40,641 nt of DNA from Polyangiales bacterium (GTDB taxonomy: Bacteria; Myxococcota_A; Polyangia; Polyangiales; DASUME01): the NCBI GenBank assembly GCA_038257655.1, contig JBBSJC010000003.1, forward strand, positions 1-40,641. Reading direction: 5' to 3'. The notes under the pieces were generated by a model, which had not been told where the DNA came from, searched no databases, and saw only the letters and a program-made list of their open reading frames with translations. This document shows, one piece after another, positions 18,171 through 27,548 of the stretch (positions are counted from its first letter, which is position 1; every line of letters starts with the position of its first letter). A program made the position numbers and the translations under genes.

Positions 18171-21100
18171 TTACGACTCGATCAGGTGGTTGCGACGCAG
18201 GAAGCGCACGGAGGCAGGCCACCAACGCGTGGCGACGGAGTGCAGCGTACCAGCGCGCTCGAGCACACCGAGCTCACCCATACGCTGCATCGCTTCCGCC
18301 ACCGCGAGCGGGGGAAATCGCAGCGCCAGCGCGACATCTTGCTGGGTTATCGCGCCATGCCAGAGCACTGACGCCAGCACGAACTTCTCGTCTTCTTCGA
18401 GCAAGTCCAAGGGACGCGCGTTAGGCGAGGGGAACAGTCGCACGCGTGCGCGATGGCGACTCTCGGGCACGAGCGAGTCGTGCCAGGCCTGCAAGGCGGA
18501 ACGTGGCGAGCCCTCGGCGTAGTCCCAGATCAGCCGGTTGTAGTCGCGGGCGGTCGAGAGCAACTGGGCTTCTGCCGCTAAGCCATCGAGCTTTTCGACT
18601 ACCAAGCCATCGTAAGTCACGGACAGCCCTGCGGCCTCTGTGCGGCGCTGTAGGAGCTCCTCGATCTCTAGCTCAGTCCAGGGCGACAGCCGCACCACCT
18701 GACGAAATACGTCTTTTCCGCCGCAAATCCAGGCGATGAATTCGTAGGCGTAGTGCGAGCACGACACGACCCAGAATACGTGATCACCCGTACGCTCGAT
18801 GATCTCCGCAAACGCGCGAAAGCCGTCGAGGCCTCCGATATTGCGCAGAAACCACATGTGCACGTCATCGACCAGCACCACCTGACGTTCACCCTTCCGT
18901 AAGGCTGCGATAAGCTCGTCCGAGCTTTCGACCTCACCGAGCTCAAGCGCTGTCGAAAGCGTCTGCACGACGCCCGTAACGCTCGCGCTGCGCACAGTCG
19001 GCGACACGCTGCGCGTTACTAGCTTATTTTCCTTTGCTTGGTGCTGGGCCGCGCGCAGCCAGGTGCTCTTGCCAAAGCCCGAACGACCGACCACGAGACA
19101 GGCGCCTACGCTCTTCTTGTGCGGCCACTGCTCCAAAGCGCTCGCAAGCGCATCGAGCCCCGGAAAGCGAGCTGTCAGTAGCGTGGGGTCCTCGACTGGC
19201 TCTTGGGTGAGGCAGCGCTTGATGTCCGCATGAATCTCAACAGTAAGGTCTGGGACGTCGGATGCGCCCACAGCCTGACGTTCCAGGCGCCTGCGAAACA
19301 GGTAAGCGAGCGCGCGACGGGATTGCTCAAAGTCGAGCACAAACCGTTGCAGCGAACGCCACAGGGCCGCCCCCAGCACGACCGCAAGCGCTGCTATCGC
19401 TACGAAAAAGCCATACCAGCGCTCACGGGTGGCGGACACGGCGTCAGCGAGCGCACCGGTCGGCTTACGCCGCAGATACTCCTCGATGATGTCCTCGCGC
19501 CACCAGCGGATCAGACCGTAAGCGATGGGAACGCTGCCCACCCAGGCAAAGCGCAGCACCAGGTGATACAAATACCCCTTACCGAGCATCGCCGCCGAGC
19601 CGACGAGAATGACCGCGAGTGCGAAGCAATAGCGACCCACCAGCCGTACGGATCGTAAGGCGCGCGCGCCGCGTTCCTCGTCGACACCAGCGACGCCGCT
19701 GCTCGTAGCCAACGCGAGCGAGCGATGAGCTATCGTAAAGGCGATTCGATACCAGGCGTAAGCGAGCGCGCCCACGTAGACCACCTGGATCACGTTGGCG
19801 TAGGGCGCGAGCAACCAGGCGCCGATCACCAGCACGAGACCGAGCCAGAGCAGATCGAGATAGACGGCGTCGAGGACCAGCACCAGCCTGCGCAGGCTTC
19901 TTGCCAGCCGCATACTGCGCGTGAGCCTTACTATTAGCGCCTTGCTGCCCGTGCGCAGCCGCACGCGCGAGCGACGCGCGTAGGCAAAGGCGTAGATCGC
20001 GAGCAGCACTGCCACCGCTCGCAGCAGCGCGTCACCGAGCACGAAGGGATCGCGGAAGCGATTGACCCAGTTGCGCAGCATCTTCTCACGCGCGAGCCCA
20101 GCCCACCGGACAGCGAGGCTCATGTGCGTGATTTCACGCTGGAGCTGGGCGAGCCCTTCGCGACCAAAGCCAAGCACACTCCCGCGTTTATCGAGGCTGA
20201 CCTGATCGAGCAGGCCGATGCGCAGCTGGTTTAGCTTTTGCTCGTTCGCGACCAGGCGATTGAGGCGCGTCCAGGCGAGGTCGCGATACTCTTCTTCGAG
20301 GGTCTCGCCAGACTTTGCGACCACCGCCGCGAGCTTGGTAAGGTCAGCCCGTGCCTGCTCGAGCTCCGGCTCGGACGCTAGAAGTAACGAAGGGGCTCCC
20401 GAATACGAAGGGACCGGTGCAGGCGCGCGGTAGTCATCGATCTGCGCGCTGACCTGTTTTCTGAGTGCCTGCAGCTCCGCGACCACGTCGTCATAGAGCC
20501 TATCTGCCTGGGCGGAACGGGCGGCCACCGCCGCCGCCTGCGCGACGATCGCCTCCAGCTTGGCACTGCCCGCGACAACCGCTCGCTCCTCGTGCACGCG
20601 CTTCTCAAGTAAGGGCTGGCGCAGCTCGGCTAGCTGACCACGGACGCCTTCGAGGATCGCACGCTCCTGGGCGATCGCGCGCCCTGCCTCAGTCTTGGCC
20701 TGCTGCGCTCGGACTAACGCGCGCTGTCGCTCAAGCTCGCTGCGGCGTACCTCCTCCGCTGTGGTTTTACTCTCCACATCCTGTTGCGCCCGCTCCTCAG
20801 CGACGCGTACGACCTCCGCATCCGCGGCAACCATCGCCTGTCGTTCGCCTGGCGATGCACGCAGGATCGATAGCTTGGCATCGAGCACTTCGAGGCGCGC
20901 CGCCTCCAGGCGCACCGCTTCGGGCACGTTCGACTCGCCCAGCATGGTCGCGAGTACGAAGGGTGGCTGTTCTGCCTCCTTGCCCTTTGCTTTCTCGCGG
21001 GATGCGGCGAGCAGTGTCAACTCTTGCTCAATCTCGCTGCGCAAGGCCTGCGCCTCAGTTTCGAGTGCTTTGGCGGCCTTGGCCACGGCAGCTTCATCCG

Positions 21101-21383
21101 CGAGCGGGATGCCCAGTAGGTCGGCCGCCCGCACCTGCTCGACGGGTTGCTTGCTCGCAAAGGCGCGTAGGGCACTAGCGTGCTGCGCAAGCTCCGTACG
21201 CTGCAGGTCGAGCTTGGCCGACTCTTGATCGCTGGCTCCGGCATCTCGCGCGGGAGTGCTGGTGCTTGTGTCCTGGGCGTGCGCTGGGCTGAGAACGATC
21301 GAAGGCGAAACGAAGCGCAGGATCAGCGTCAGGCAAAACCACCAGGGCAAGCCACGGAACGAGCACACTCGTGTCGGTATCAT
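18171..21383 (-). CDS. Secreted coiled-coil / multi-TM / P-loop NTPase (STAND/AAA+-like) / winged-helix protein, about 1070 aa
   Basis: Signal peptide ending AHA-QD; about 400-aa coiled-coil region; several TM helices; Walker A GRSGFGKST; Walker B VVLVDDVH; LSPWTELEIEELL; AEGSPR (GxP); C-terminal wHTH-like segment. Start uncertain (21383 or 21404). Confidence 0.8.
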   Translation of the reverse strand: MIPTRVCSFRGLPWWFCLTLILRFVSPSIVLSPAHAQDTSTSTPARDAGASDQESAKLDLQRTELAQHASALRAFASKQPVEQVRAADLLGIPLADEAAVAKAAKALETEAQALRSEIEQELTLLAASREKAKGKEAEQPPFVLATMLGESNVPEAVRLEAARLEVLDAKLSILRASPGERQAMVAADAEVVRVAEERAQQDVESKTTAEEVRRSELERQRALVRAQQAKTEAGRAIAQERAILEGVRGQLAELRQPLLEKRVHEERAVVAGSAKLEAIVAQAAAVAARSAQADRLYDDVVAELQALRKQVSAQIDDYRAPAPVPSYSGAPSLLLASEPELEQARADLTKLAAVVAKSGETLEEEYRDLAWTRLNRLVANEQKLNQLRIGLLDQVSLDKRGSVLGFGREGLAQLQREITHMSLAVRWAGLAREKMLRNWVNRFRDPFVLGDALLRAVAVLLAIYAFAYARRSRVRLRTGSKALIVRLTRSMRLARSLRRLVLVLDAVYLDLLWLGLVLVIGAWLLAPYANVIQVVYVGALAYAWYRIAFTIAHRSLALATSSGVAGVDEERGARALRSVRLVGRYCFALAVILVGSAAMLGKGYLYHLVLRFAWVGSVPIAYGLIRWWREDIIEEYLRRKPTGALADAVSATRERWYGFFVAIAALAVVLGAALWRSLQRFVLDFEQSRRALAYLFRRRLERQAVGASDVPDLTVEIHADIKRCLTQEPVEDPTLLTARFPGLDALASALEQWPHKKSVGACLVVGRSGFGKSTWLRAAQHQAKENKLVTRSVSPTVRSASVTGVVQTLSTALELGEVESSDELIAALRKGERQVVLVDDVHMWFLRNIGGLDGFRAFAEIIERTGDHVFWVVSCSHYAYEFIAWICGGKDVFRQVVRLSPWTELEIEELLQRRTEAAGLSVTYDGLVVEKLDGLAAEAQLLSTARDYNRLIWDYAEGSPRSALQAWHDSLVPESRHRARVRLFPSPNARPLDLLEEDEKFVLASVLWHGAITQQDVALALRFPPLAVAEAMQRMGELGVLERAGTLHSVATRWWPASVRFLRRNHLIES

Positions 21384-22045
21384 CGACGTTGCCCTTCTTC
21401 CCATGACTCGATAGCTCCCGCGACCGTTGCAAAGGGCCGGCTTCCACGCCGACGCAGCTGTATGCAACGCTTTGTTTTCTCGCGCCTGCACGTAGGCTCG
21501 GTCCTACCACAAACCCGTGGTCAAAATGGCTGAAAGCGCGCCGCACCGGGGCGTTCGGGGGCCGCCACGCGACGCCGTGTCGAGAACTGTGTAAGCCGGC
21601 AACAAGCTACTAGCAAACCGCAGTTGGCTTGCGAAGCCGACCTTACGCTGTGATTCTGAATCGGCTCGAAGCTCGTCATAAGTACATGAAGTATGCGGAT
21701 GGCCAGCCCGAGCAGGTCGCAGACTCCGTTGCACGCGCGGTGGAGCAGCAAAGCCGCGGCCCCGACATCGCGTCACCGCCGTCGCCTCGGTGTTCCCGTT
21801 GATCAAGCTAGTCGGGCGCGAACGCGCGCTCGATCGTGTGCACAAGCTGATCGCGGGGATGGCGACCTGACCTGCTCAGGCGCGCCGAACGTGGAGCTCA
21901 TGGGCCCGATGCTCGCCGACAAGCACCAGGTGGGTGACCACGTCAACGTGAGTGAGAAGTGTAAGGTTTCCACGTACGAAGAGCGACGTTGGGTCAGGGC
22001 CTGAACGGCTTTTCCCCCCGGCAAATCGGTGATTTGTCTCCGTGT

Positions 22046-22062
22046 CGGCAAGAATTTTGCCG
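22046..22062 (+). promoter_or_regulatory. Sigma54-like promoter that is also a palindrome
   Basis: CGGCAAG-AATT-TTGC has GG-N10-GC spacing and lies about 25 nt before ATG 22085. It is also CGGCAA-N5-TTGCCG, so it reads GG-N10-GC on both strands. A second palindrome CAAATC-GGT-GATTTG is at 22022-22036. Confidence 0.5.
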
Positions 22063-22084
22063 CACCACTGGCCGAGCATGCCTT

Positions 22085-24550
22085 ATGGTGAGCGGTATGT
22101 CGTATCTCGATTCTGCACTGTCGTTGCCCCTTTCAACTAAGACATCCCAGCTCAGGCATCTGCCCTATGCAGCGTGCTTTCTTTGCTTGGTGTTGACCGC
22201 TTGCTCCGGTGGCGGTGGCGGCGGAACCACCGACCAGGGCAGCAACGCAGGGGGCGATGGCGGAGGTGATTCCGCGAACGGCGGCGCGAACGCGGGTACC
22301 AACGCCGGTGCCAACGCCGGCTCTGGAAACAACGGCAGCACCGAAGGGGGTGGCAATGCCCCCACTGATGCTCCGTTCGATGTGCTGCCCGTGGAGCTGC
22401 AGACGATCGACGTCGACCAGGGCACCAGCATGCCGGTGGTCGAATTCACCGCATCACAGGGAGGACGACCTGTCAGTGCGGCCTTCTCGGTCGACCGTGG
22501 CGACGCTGCGACCATTGCCGCAGGCCCCGCTGTCAGCGCTACCTTTCAACCGACCGGCCGTGTCGGAGGCCTCGTTACCGTGACTGCCGGGTACCAAGGC
22601 AGCACGATCGAGCGTCAGGTTTTGATTCGGTTACGGGCGACGCAAAACGGCGCAACCGGCGGACAGACGGCACAGATTGCCGATGACATCGGCGAGCTGA
22701 CCTCCGGTGGTGGCGTCGGCGGTGTGGGCGGTGAGGGCCTTGGCAGCGCTGTAAGCGATGCGGCGGCAAGCGCTGCACTGGACGCCCCTACCTCCGATGG
22801 CACTGCAGAGGGCTTGCGTTTGCTCTACCCGTACGAGGGCACCGTGTGGCCCCGCGGTCTGCCGGCCCCGCTCTTGATGTGGCAGTGGTCGAATAGCGAC
22901 GCTGATGCGGTACGGGTCGAGCTCGAGACGAGCAGCGGATCTTACCGTTGGTCGGGCACCTTCGGTCGGCCGGCGATCCTCACCCAAACGGGCGGCGCCT
23001 TTGTGCGGCACCCGATCCCCCAAGACGTGTGGGATACCGCGACCCAAACCGCCGGTGGCAGCACACCTACCGGTGCGCCCGATCGGGTGACCGTCAAGCT
23101 TACGGTTGTCAAAGATGGCGTCGCTGCTGGGCCGATTCGCCAAACCTGGACGATCGCCCCCGCGCGGCTGTCGGGCACGATTTACTACAACTCCTACGGC
23201 ACGCAGCTCGCCAAGAACTCCGCCGACAGCGCGGTCGGCGGAGATAAGAAGTTCGGAGGCGCCGTGCTGTCGATCCGCGTCGGCGACACCGGTCCCGTAC
23301 TCGCGGCGGGTGCGACCGGCAATGAGAGCCAATGTCGGGTCTGTCATTCGGTATCAGCGAACGGGTCGCGACTGATCGCTTCGTACAATGGCGGAAGCAA
23401 CGCAGCCTCGTACGCGCTATCGCCCACCGGTATCGCGCAAACTGGACTGACCGTGAGCACCTCGTTTCCCGGAATCTATCCTGACGGCAGCTTCGCTCTC
23501 ACCACGGGCGGGAAGATCTTGGAGATGCCCGCGGCCGCGAGCGCGATTACGCCGGCAGGGCTTGCAGACGTAGCCACGCGAATAGGCACGCCCATGTTCG
23601 ACCCCGCGGGGAAGCTCGTCGCATTCAATCCCATGGCCGGCCCCAGCCTGACCGATCCCACCAAAAAGCTCGTGGTGATGGACTTCGCGCCCGCGACACG
23701 CACCTTTTCCAATGCGCGCACCGTGGTCGACAACAGCGCGCTCCCCGCTGCACAACGTCCGGGCTGGCCGGCCTTTTTGCCCGACGGCGAATCCCTGGTC
23801 TTTCATCAACAGAGTAAGGCCGGAGGCGACGGGAACGCGGACGGTGCTCTGTTTACGCGTAAGGGAGCGAAGGCTCAGATCCATTGGACGAGCACCACGG
23901 ATGCAAGCCAGGTCACGACGCTCAACGCGCTCAATGGGCTCGATCCGCAAGGGGTGTCATACCTTCCGAAGCTCGATGCACCGTTCTCCCTAACCTGCAC
24001 CGCCGACGGTCAATCCGTGGGCGGCATCGAGGCTGACCACGCAGATGACGCCAACCTCAATTACGAGCCAACGGTCAACCCGGTGGCATCCGGTGGATAC
24101 GCCTGGATCGTGTTTGCAAGCCGGCGCATGTACGGCAGCGTGGCGACCATTCCACCCTTCTGCTCTGATCCGCGCGGCGTTGACTTGATCACGAACATCA
24201 CCCCCAAAAAGCTGTGGGTGGCGGCGATCGATCTCAGTGCAAAGCCGGGCGCGGACGCGAGCCATCCGGCGTTCTATCTGCCCGCGCAGGAGCTGCTCGC
24301 GGGCAACTCGCGCGGCTTCTGGGTGCTCGACCCCTGTCGCGATGATGGGCAGTCGTGCGAGAGCGGTGACCAATGCTGCAACGGCTTCTGTACCGCCAAC
24401 GCGAGCGACGGCGCGCTTCAGTGCGGCAACATGCCACCCGATACTGGATGCTCAGCCCAGGGCGACAAGTGCACGCTGGATTCAGATTGCTGCGAAGCTA
24501 CAAATCGCTGCGTAGGTGGCTTCTGTTCGCTGTCTGTCATCGTGCAGTAA
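22085..24550 (+). CDS. Large lipoprotein: Gly/Asn linker, Ig-like region, CxxCH, TolB/PD40-like beta-propeller, C-terminal Cys-knot-like repeats
   Basis: Lipobox VLTA-C; LLYPYEGTVWPRGLPAP; CRVCH; PD40-like motifs (FPGIYPDG, TPMFDPAG, WPAFLPDGESLVF, WIVFASRR); two C-C-CC-C-C modules. Start 22085 or 22097. Confidence 0.82.
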   Translation: MVSGMSYLDSALSLPLSTKTSQLRHLPYAACFLCLVLTACSGGGGGGTTDQGSNAGGDGGGDSANGGANAGTNAGANAGSGNNGSTEGGGNAPTDAPFDVLPVELQTIDVDQGTSMPVVEFTASQGGRPVSAAFSVDRGDAATIAAGPAVSATFQPTGRVGGLVTVTAGYQGSTIERQVLIRLRATQNGATGGQTAQIADDIGELTSGGGVGGVGGEGLGSAVSDAAASAALDAPTSDGTAEGLRLLYPYEGTVWPRGLPAPLLMWQWSNSDADAVRVELETSSGSYRWSGTFGRPAILTQTGGAFVRHPIPQDVWDTATQTAGGSTPTGAPDRVTVKLTVVKDGVAAGPIRQTWTIAPARLSGTIYYNSYGTQLAKNSADSAVGGDKKFGGAVLSIRVGDTGPVLAAGATGNESQCRVCHSVSANGSRLIASYNGGSNAASYALSPTGIAQTGLTVSTSFPGIYPDGSFALTTGGKILEMPAAASAITPAGLADVATRIGTPMFDPAGKLVAFNPMAGPSLTDPTKKLVVMDFAPATRTFSNARTVVDNSALPAAQRPGWPAFLPDGESLVFHQQSKAGGDGNADGALFTRKGAKAQIHWTSTTDASQVTTLNALNGLDPQGVSYLPKLDAPFSLTCTADGQSVGGIEADHADDANLNYEPTVNPVASGGYAWIVFASRRMYGSVATIPPFCSDPRGVDLITNITPKKLWVAAIDLSAKPGADASHPAFYLPAQELLAGNSRGFWVLDPCRDDGQSCESGDQCCNGFCTANASDGALQCGNMPPDTGCSAQGDKCTLDSDCCEATNRCVGGFCSLSVIVQ

Positions 24551-24801
24551 GCTTTCGCGCTCACTGTGGCAGGTCAGTTGCCACACCGCGCGCCTCGCGA
24601 CGCGAGCGGCGGCCACAAAGCGGGGTATGTCGGGGTCGATTGCGATATCCCCGCGTTATCACGCCGACGATGACGCTGGCACATACGCTGCATCGCTTCT
24701 ACCCGTTCCGGAGGAGGTGGGCGTGAGCGATAGAATCCACGGGCGCGCGCAGCTTGGCGGTGTGGCCGGACTGCCGCGCTGGTGAGCAGCTGGTGAGCAA
24801 G

Positions 24802-25776
24802 ATGAACACGGCAAAGAGCACGGAAGCGATGCGCTCGAAGCGCGCGCACTTCAGCAATGATGCGGCGATGCACAGCGAGTATGCTGGCTCTCGCTTCGGC
24901 GAGGTATGGAGCACCATCGCATCGGACCCCTACGACCTTCTCCCTGAGCAGCGCATCGGCTTCAGCACCTTGGTCGAGTTCGCACGAAAGAGTCTGTATC
25001 GGTCTGCTCGCCGCACACTCAGCACCAGGCACGACCTTTTGCCTGACTTCGACAAGCTCGTGCACCCGATTGGGATCTGCCTGCGCGGCACATGGAAGAT
25101 TACCGAGCCCACGCCCTATACGGGATACTTCGGCACCGGCGCTCAAGGCCTGCTGATCGCGCGCGCATCGGACAATATGGGGGAGACACGCCCGGGTAGG
25201 CTTCGCTTTCTCGGCCTTGCCGGCAAGCTCTACCCGACGTGCAATCCTCGGCATGCGCAACCTCTGCGGACGGCCAACTTCTTGGCCAATGAGAACCTGA
25301 TCGGCTCTCACACCTCGCACTTCGCACACGCTTCGTTCTCCAATGATCTGCTGCCGTTCAGCATGCACGCCGACCCACGCGTCGAGGTCCCGCTCGGTCT
25401 GTTGGTGGCAATCGTGTTCGCGGCCGCTGAGCGGGCTACGGGACATCCGCCCCGACCGCTGTCTCGACCCGTGTACCGTATCGCCGAGCTCGGGGAGGAG
25501 CGGCCCGAGCACGCCATGGGGCCTGAGGTGATACGGCTTGTTGGCTCACCCGATAACCGACGCGTCAATACGCCCGACTTTCGCGAAGAGCTCGATATGG
25601 CCTACCACCCCGATGGCATTCGCTTCGAGATCCAAGTATCCGATCAACGCTCCTATGTCTTTGAGCGCAGCTTTCGACGGATAGGCGAGATTCACTTCAC
25701 GGACTCGATCGCATCCTATAGCGGCGATCATCGTCTACATTTCGCTCACGCTCCCACGCGAACGCCGCAAAAGTAA
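24802..25776 (+). CDS. Catalase-like heme-domain protein, 324 aa
   Basis: KLVHPIGICLRGTW (distal His), YTGYF, IARAS, GLAGKLY and ANFLANEN follow the catalase beta-barrel pattern; GGTGAG RBS before ATG 24802. Confidence 0.65.
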   Translation: MNTAKSTEAMRSKRAHFSNDAAMHSEYAGSRFGEVWSTIASDPYDLLPEQRIGFSTLVEFARKSLYRSARRTLSTRHDLLPDFDKLVHPIGICLRGTWKITEPTPYTGYFGTGAQGLLIARASDNMGETRPGRLRFLGLAGKLYPTCNPRHAQPLRTANFLANENLIGSHTSHFAHASFSNDLLPFSMHADPRVEVPLGLLVAIVFAAAERATGHPPRPLSRPVYRIAELGEERPEHAMGPEVIRLVGSPDNRRVNTPDFREELDMAYHPDGIRFEIQVSDQRSYVFERSFRRIGEIHFTDSIASYSGDHRLHFAHAPTRTPQK

Positions 25777-25900
25777 GACGACGACGCTGGGGGCTATCCT
25801 GGCCGGTCCGGGTACCCACACACTCAGCCTGCTCGCCAAGGATTAGGGCTCCAGGTCTCTTCGGTTGAAGACGGCCTGCCGCCGGTGTGACGCGTGACCG

Positions 25901-26002
25901 CTAAGTCGGGTTAGCATTCACCGCCAGGGCGATCGCGACGACGATGCCGACGAGCGTCACCGCGACCAGCGTGCCGACTCGTCGTGCATAGATGTGCAGC
26001 AT
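25901..26002 (-). CDS. 33-aa single-TM small protein, not in the ORF track
   Basis: MLHIYARRVGTLVAVTLVGIVVAIALAVNANPT*; perfect GGAGG SD right after the stop of the ferric-reductase gene; basic residues followed by a roughly 20-aa hydrophobic helix. Confidence 0.75.
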   Translation of the reverse strand: MLHIYARRVGTLVAVTLVGIVVAIALAVNANPT

Positions 26003-26013
26003 GAAAGACCTCC

Positions 26014-27333
26014 TCAGATAATGTCGAAGCGTTCAGAGTGCAGATGCGCCAGCGCCACACCGCGCTTGCGCAAGATGGGCTCGACTTGGTCCATCATCGG
26101 CGGCGGTCCGCACAGAAAGTAGTCTATCTCCCCATCGTCCTTTGGCAGGTGACGAGCGAGCAAAGCCTCATCGACATAACCGGTCTCGCCGGTCCATGAA
26201 TCGCCGGGAGACGCAAGCACATGCACGACGGTCAGCGATAGTTGGTCAGCCAACGAATCCAACGTGTCCCGAAAGAGCATCGCATCCTGGTTGTCGTTGG
26301 CATAGATCAGCCACATTTGCTGCCGCCACTGCTCGGTGCAGCAGCGGCGCAGCATGCTCATGATCGGCGTGATGCCAACGCCACCGGCGATGAACACAGC
26401 ACGGCGGCCGGCGCTGGGATCGATCGAGAACGCGCCGTAGGGGCCCTCCAGCCAGGCGCGTGTACCAGGTGCGACCTTGGGTAGCCCACAGGTGAAATCG
26501 CCGCTGTGCTTGGCGGTGAACTCGAGTCTGCGCGGCTGACTGCAATCGGATGACATGGAAAATGGGTGCTGTTGCACCGAAAAAGGGCTGTCACCCAGCG
26601 TGAGCCAAGCGTATTGGCCGGCCTGAAACGGCATCCCCCCATGCTCCACGGCCTCGAGCACCAGGCGCGTGGCGTCACCCGCTATCTCATCGACACTTAC
26701 GACTTGCCATGGCCGCCTGCTAAGTCGCCACGGACGCAGCAGTCGTGTTTCGATCAGAAGCGCGAGCGGAATACCTATCGCGCCCGCAAGACTAACCTTA
26801 GTCGCCATGTCGGCCGTGTAGTGATCCACAAGCAGCGCGTGGACGAGGCCATTGGCGACGATCACCAGGGCCAACGTGGCGTGGATCGCCCGCCACCATT
26901 CGTACTGTAAACCCATGCCAACGCGCCAAAGCGAGCTCGCGATCAGGAACGTGGTGGCGATCAGCACGAAGCTCAACGACACGGCGCGCAGTAGGTTGTC
27001 CCGTGGATCGAGGTAGCTAAGAAACGCCGGGTCCCCCACAAACAGGGTCAGCGGATGCGCTAGCACCAGCAGCCAGGCGAGCAAGCCCGTTTGACGGTGG
27101 AACTGCAGCAAGTTGTCCTGGCCCATTCCGCGCGCAAACCAGCGGTGACGGCCCGAGATCACAAGCTGCATCGACAGCACCCCGAGGCCGAGCAGCCCGA
27201 GCATCGCGCCCAGCTCAATCAGCAGTCCACGGGGGGCGGGCCGCTCAATCGAAAGCGCCAGGCCCAACGGCACCAGGGCCAAAAGTGCATACAGAAACAG
27301 CCAAGCAAGAAGGCGTGCGAACCCGAGCTTCAT
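26014..27333 (-). CDS. Ferric-reductase-like TM domain + FAD/NAD(P)H-binding domain (bacterial NOX-like flavocytochrome b)
   Basis: Six TM segments with four candidate heme His (QFHR, LAHP, AIHA, LVHA); HPFSMSS (FAD); LEGPYG; IAGGVGITP; CGPPPMM; terminal SERF. Confidence 0.9.
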   Translation of the reverse strand: MKLGFARLLAWLFLYALLALVPLGLALSIERPAPRGLLIELGAMLGLLGLGVLSMQLVISGRHRWFARGMGQDNLLQFHRQTGLLAWLLVLAHPLTLFVGDPAFLSYLDPRDNLLRAVSLSFVLIATTFLIASSLWRVGMGLQYEWWRAIHATLALVIVANGLVHALLVDHYTADMATKVSLAGAIGIPLALLIETRLLRPWRLSRRPWQVVSVDEIAGDATRLVLEAVEHGGMPFQAGQYAWLTLGDSPFSVQQHPFSMSSDCSQPRRLEFTAKHSGDFTCGLPKVAPGTRAWLEGPYGAFSIDPSAGRRAVFIAGGVGITPIMSMLRRCCTEQWRQQMWLIYANDNQDAMLFRDTLDSLADQLSLTVVHVLASPGDSWTGETGYVDEALLARHLPKDDGEIDYFLCGPPPMMDQVEPILRKRGVALAHLHSERFDII

Positions 27334-27548
27334 CGTGGGTCTCCTGGGAGTTAGCGAGGGCTAATGTCCCGCACATAGCCGTTTCGGTCACCGTTACAAA
27401 GTCTGAGTACTTTACTGCCCCCGATGCCCGCTTCGAATCTGGGAAGGGCCTTCCACCCCGCGCCAAGCGCCACGAACCGCGCGCAGCTTGCGCGCCGTAC
27501 AACTTTGGGCCAAATAGATGTACACCCACCTACGCGACGGAGACGAGC

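Noticed and set aside
21500-22051. Several 70-110 aa ORFs in the long divergent intergenic region
   Set aside because: No recognisable motif or RBS, overlapping on both strands; treated as regulatory or decayed DNA.
22277-22324. Four imperfect 12-nt tandem repeats (NGGA/NAGT/NAGA/NAGS)
   Set aside because: Ordinary low-complexity lipoprotein linker; not CRISPR-like and frame-preserving.
24574-25512. 312-aa minus-strand ORF, and similar long antisense ORFs such as 33093-34109 and 36389-37204
   Set aside because: Shadow ORFs opposite well-supported genes, expected in high-GC DNA.
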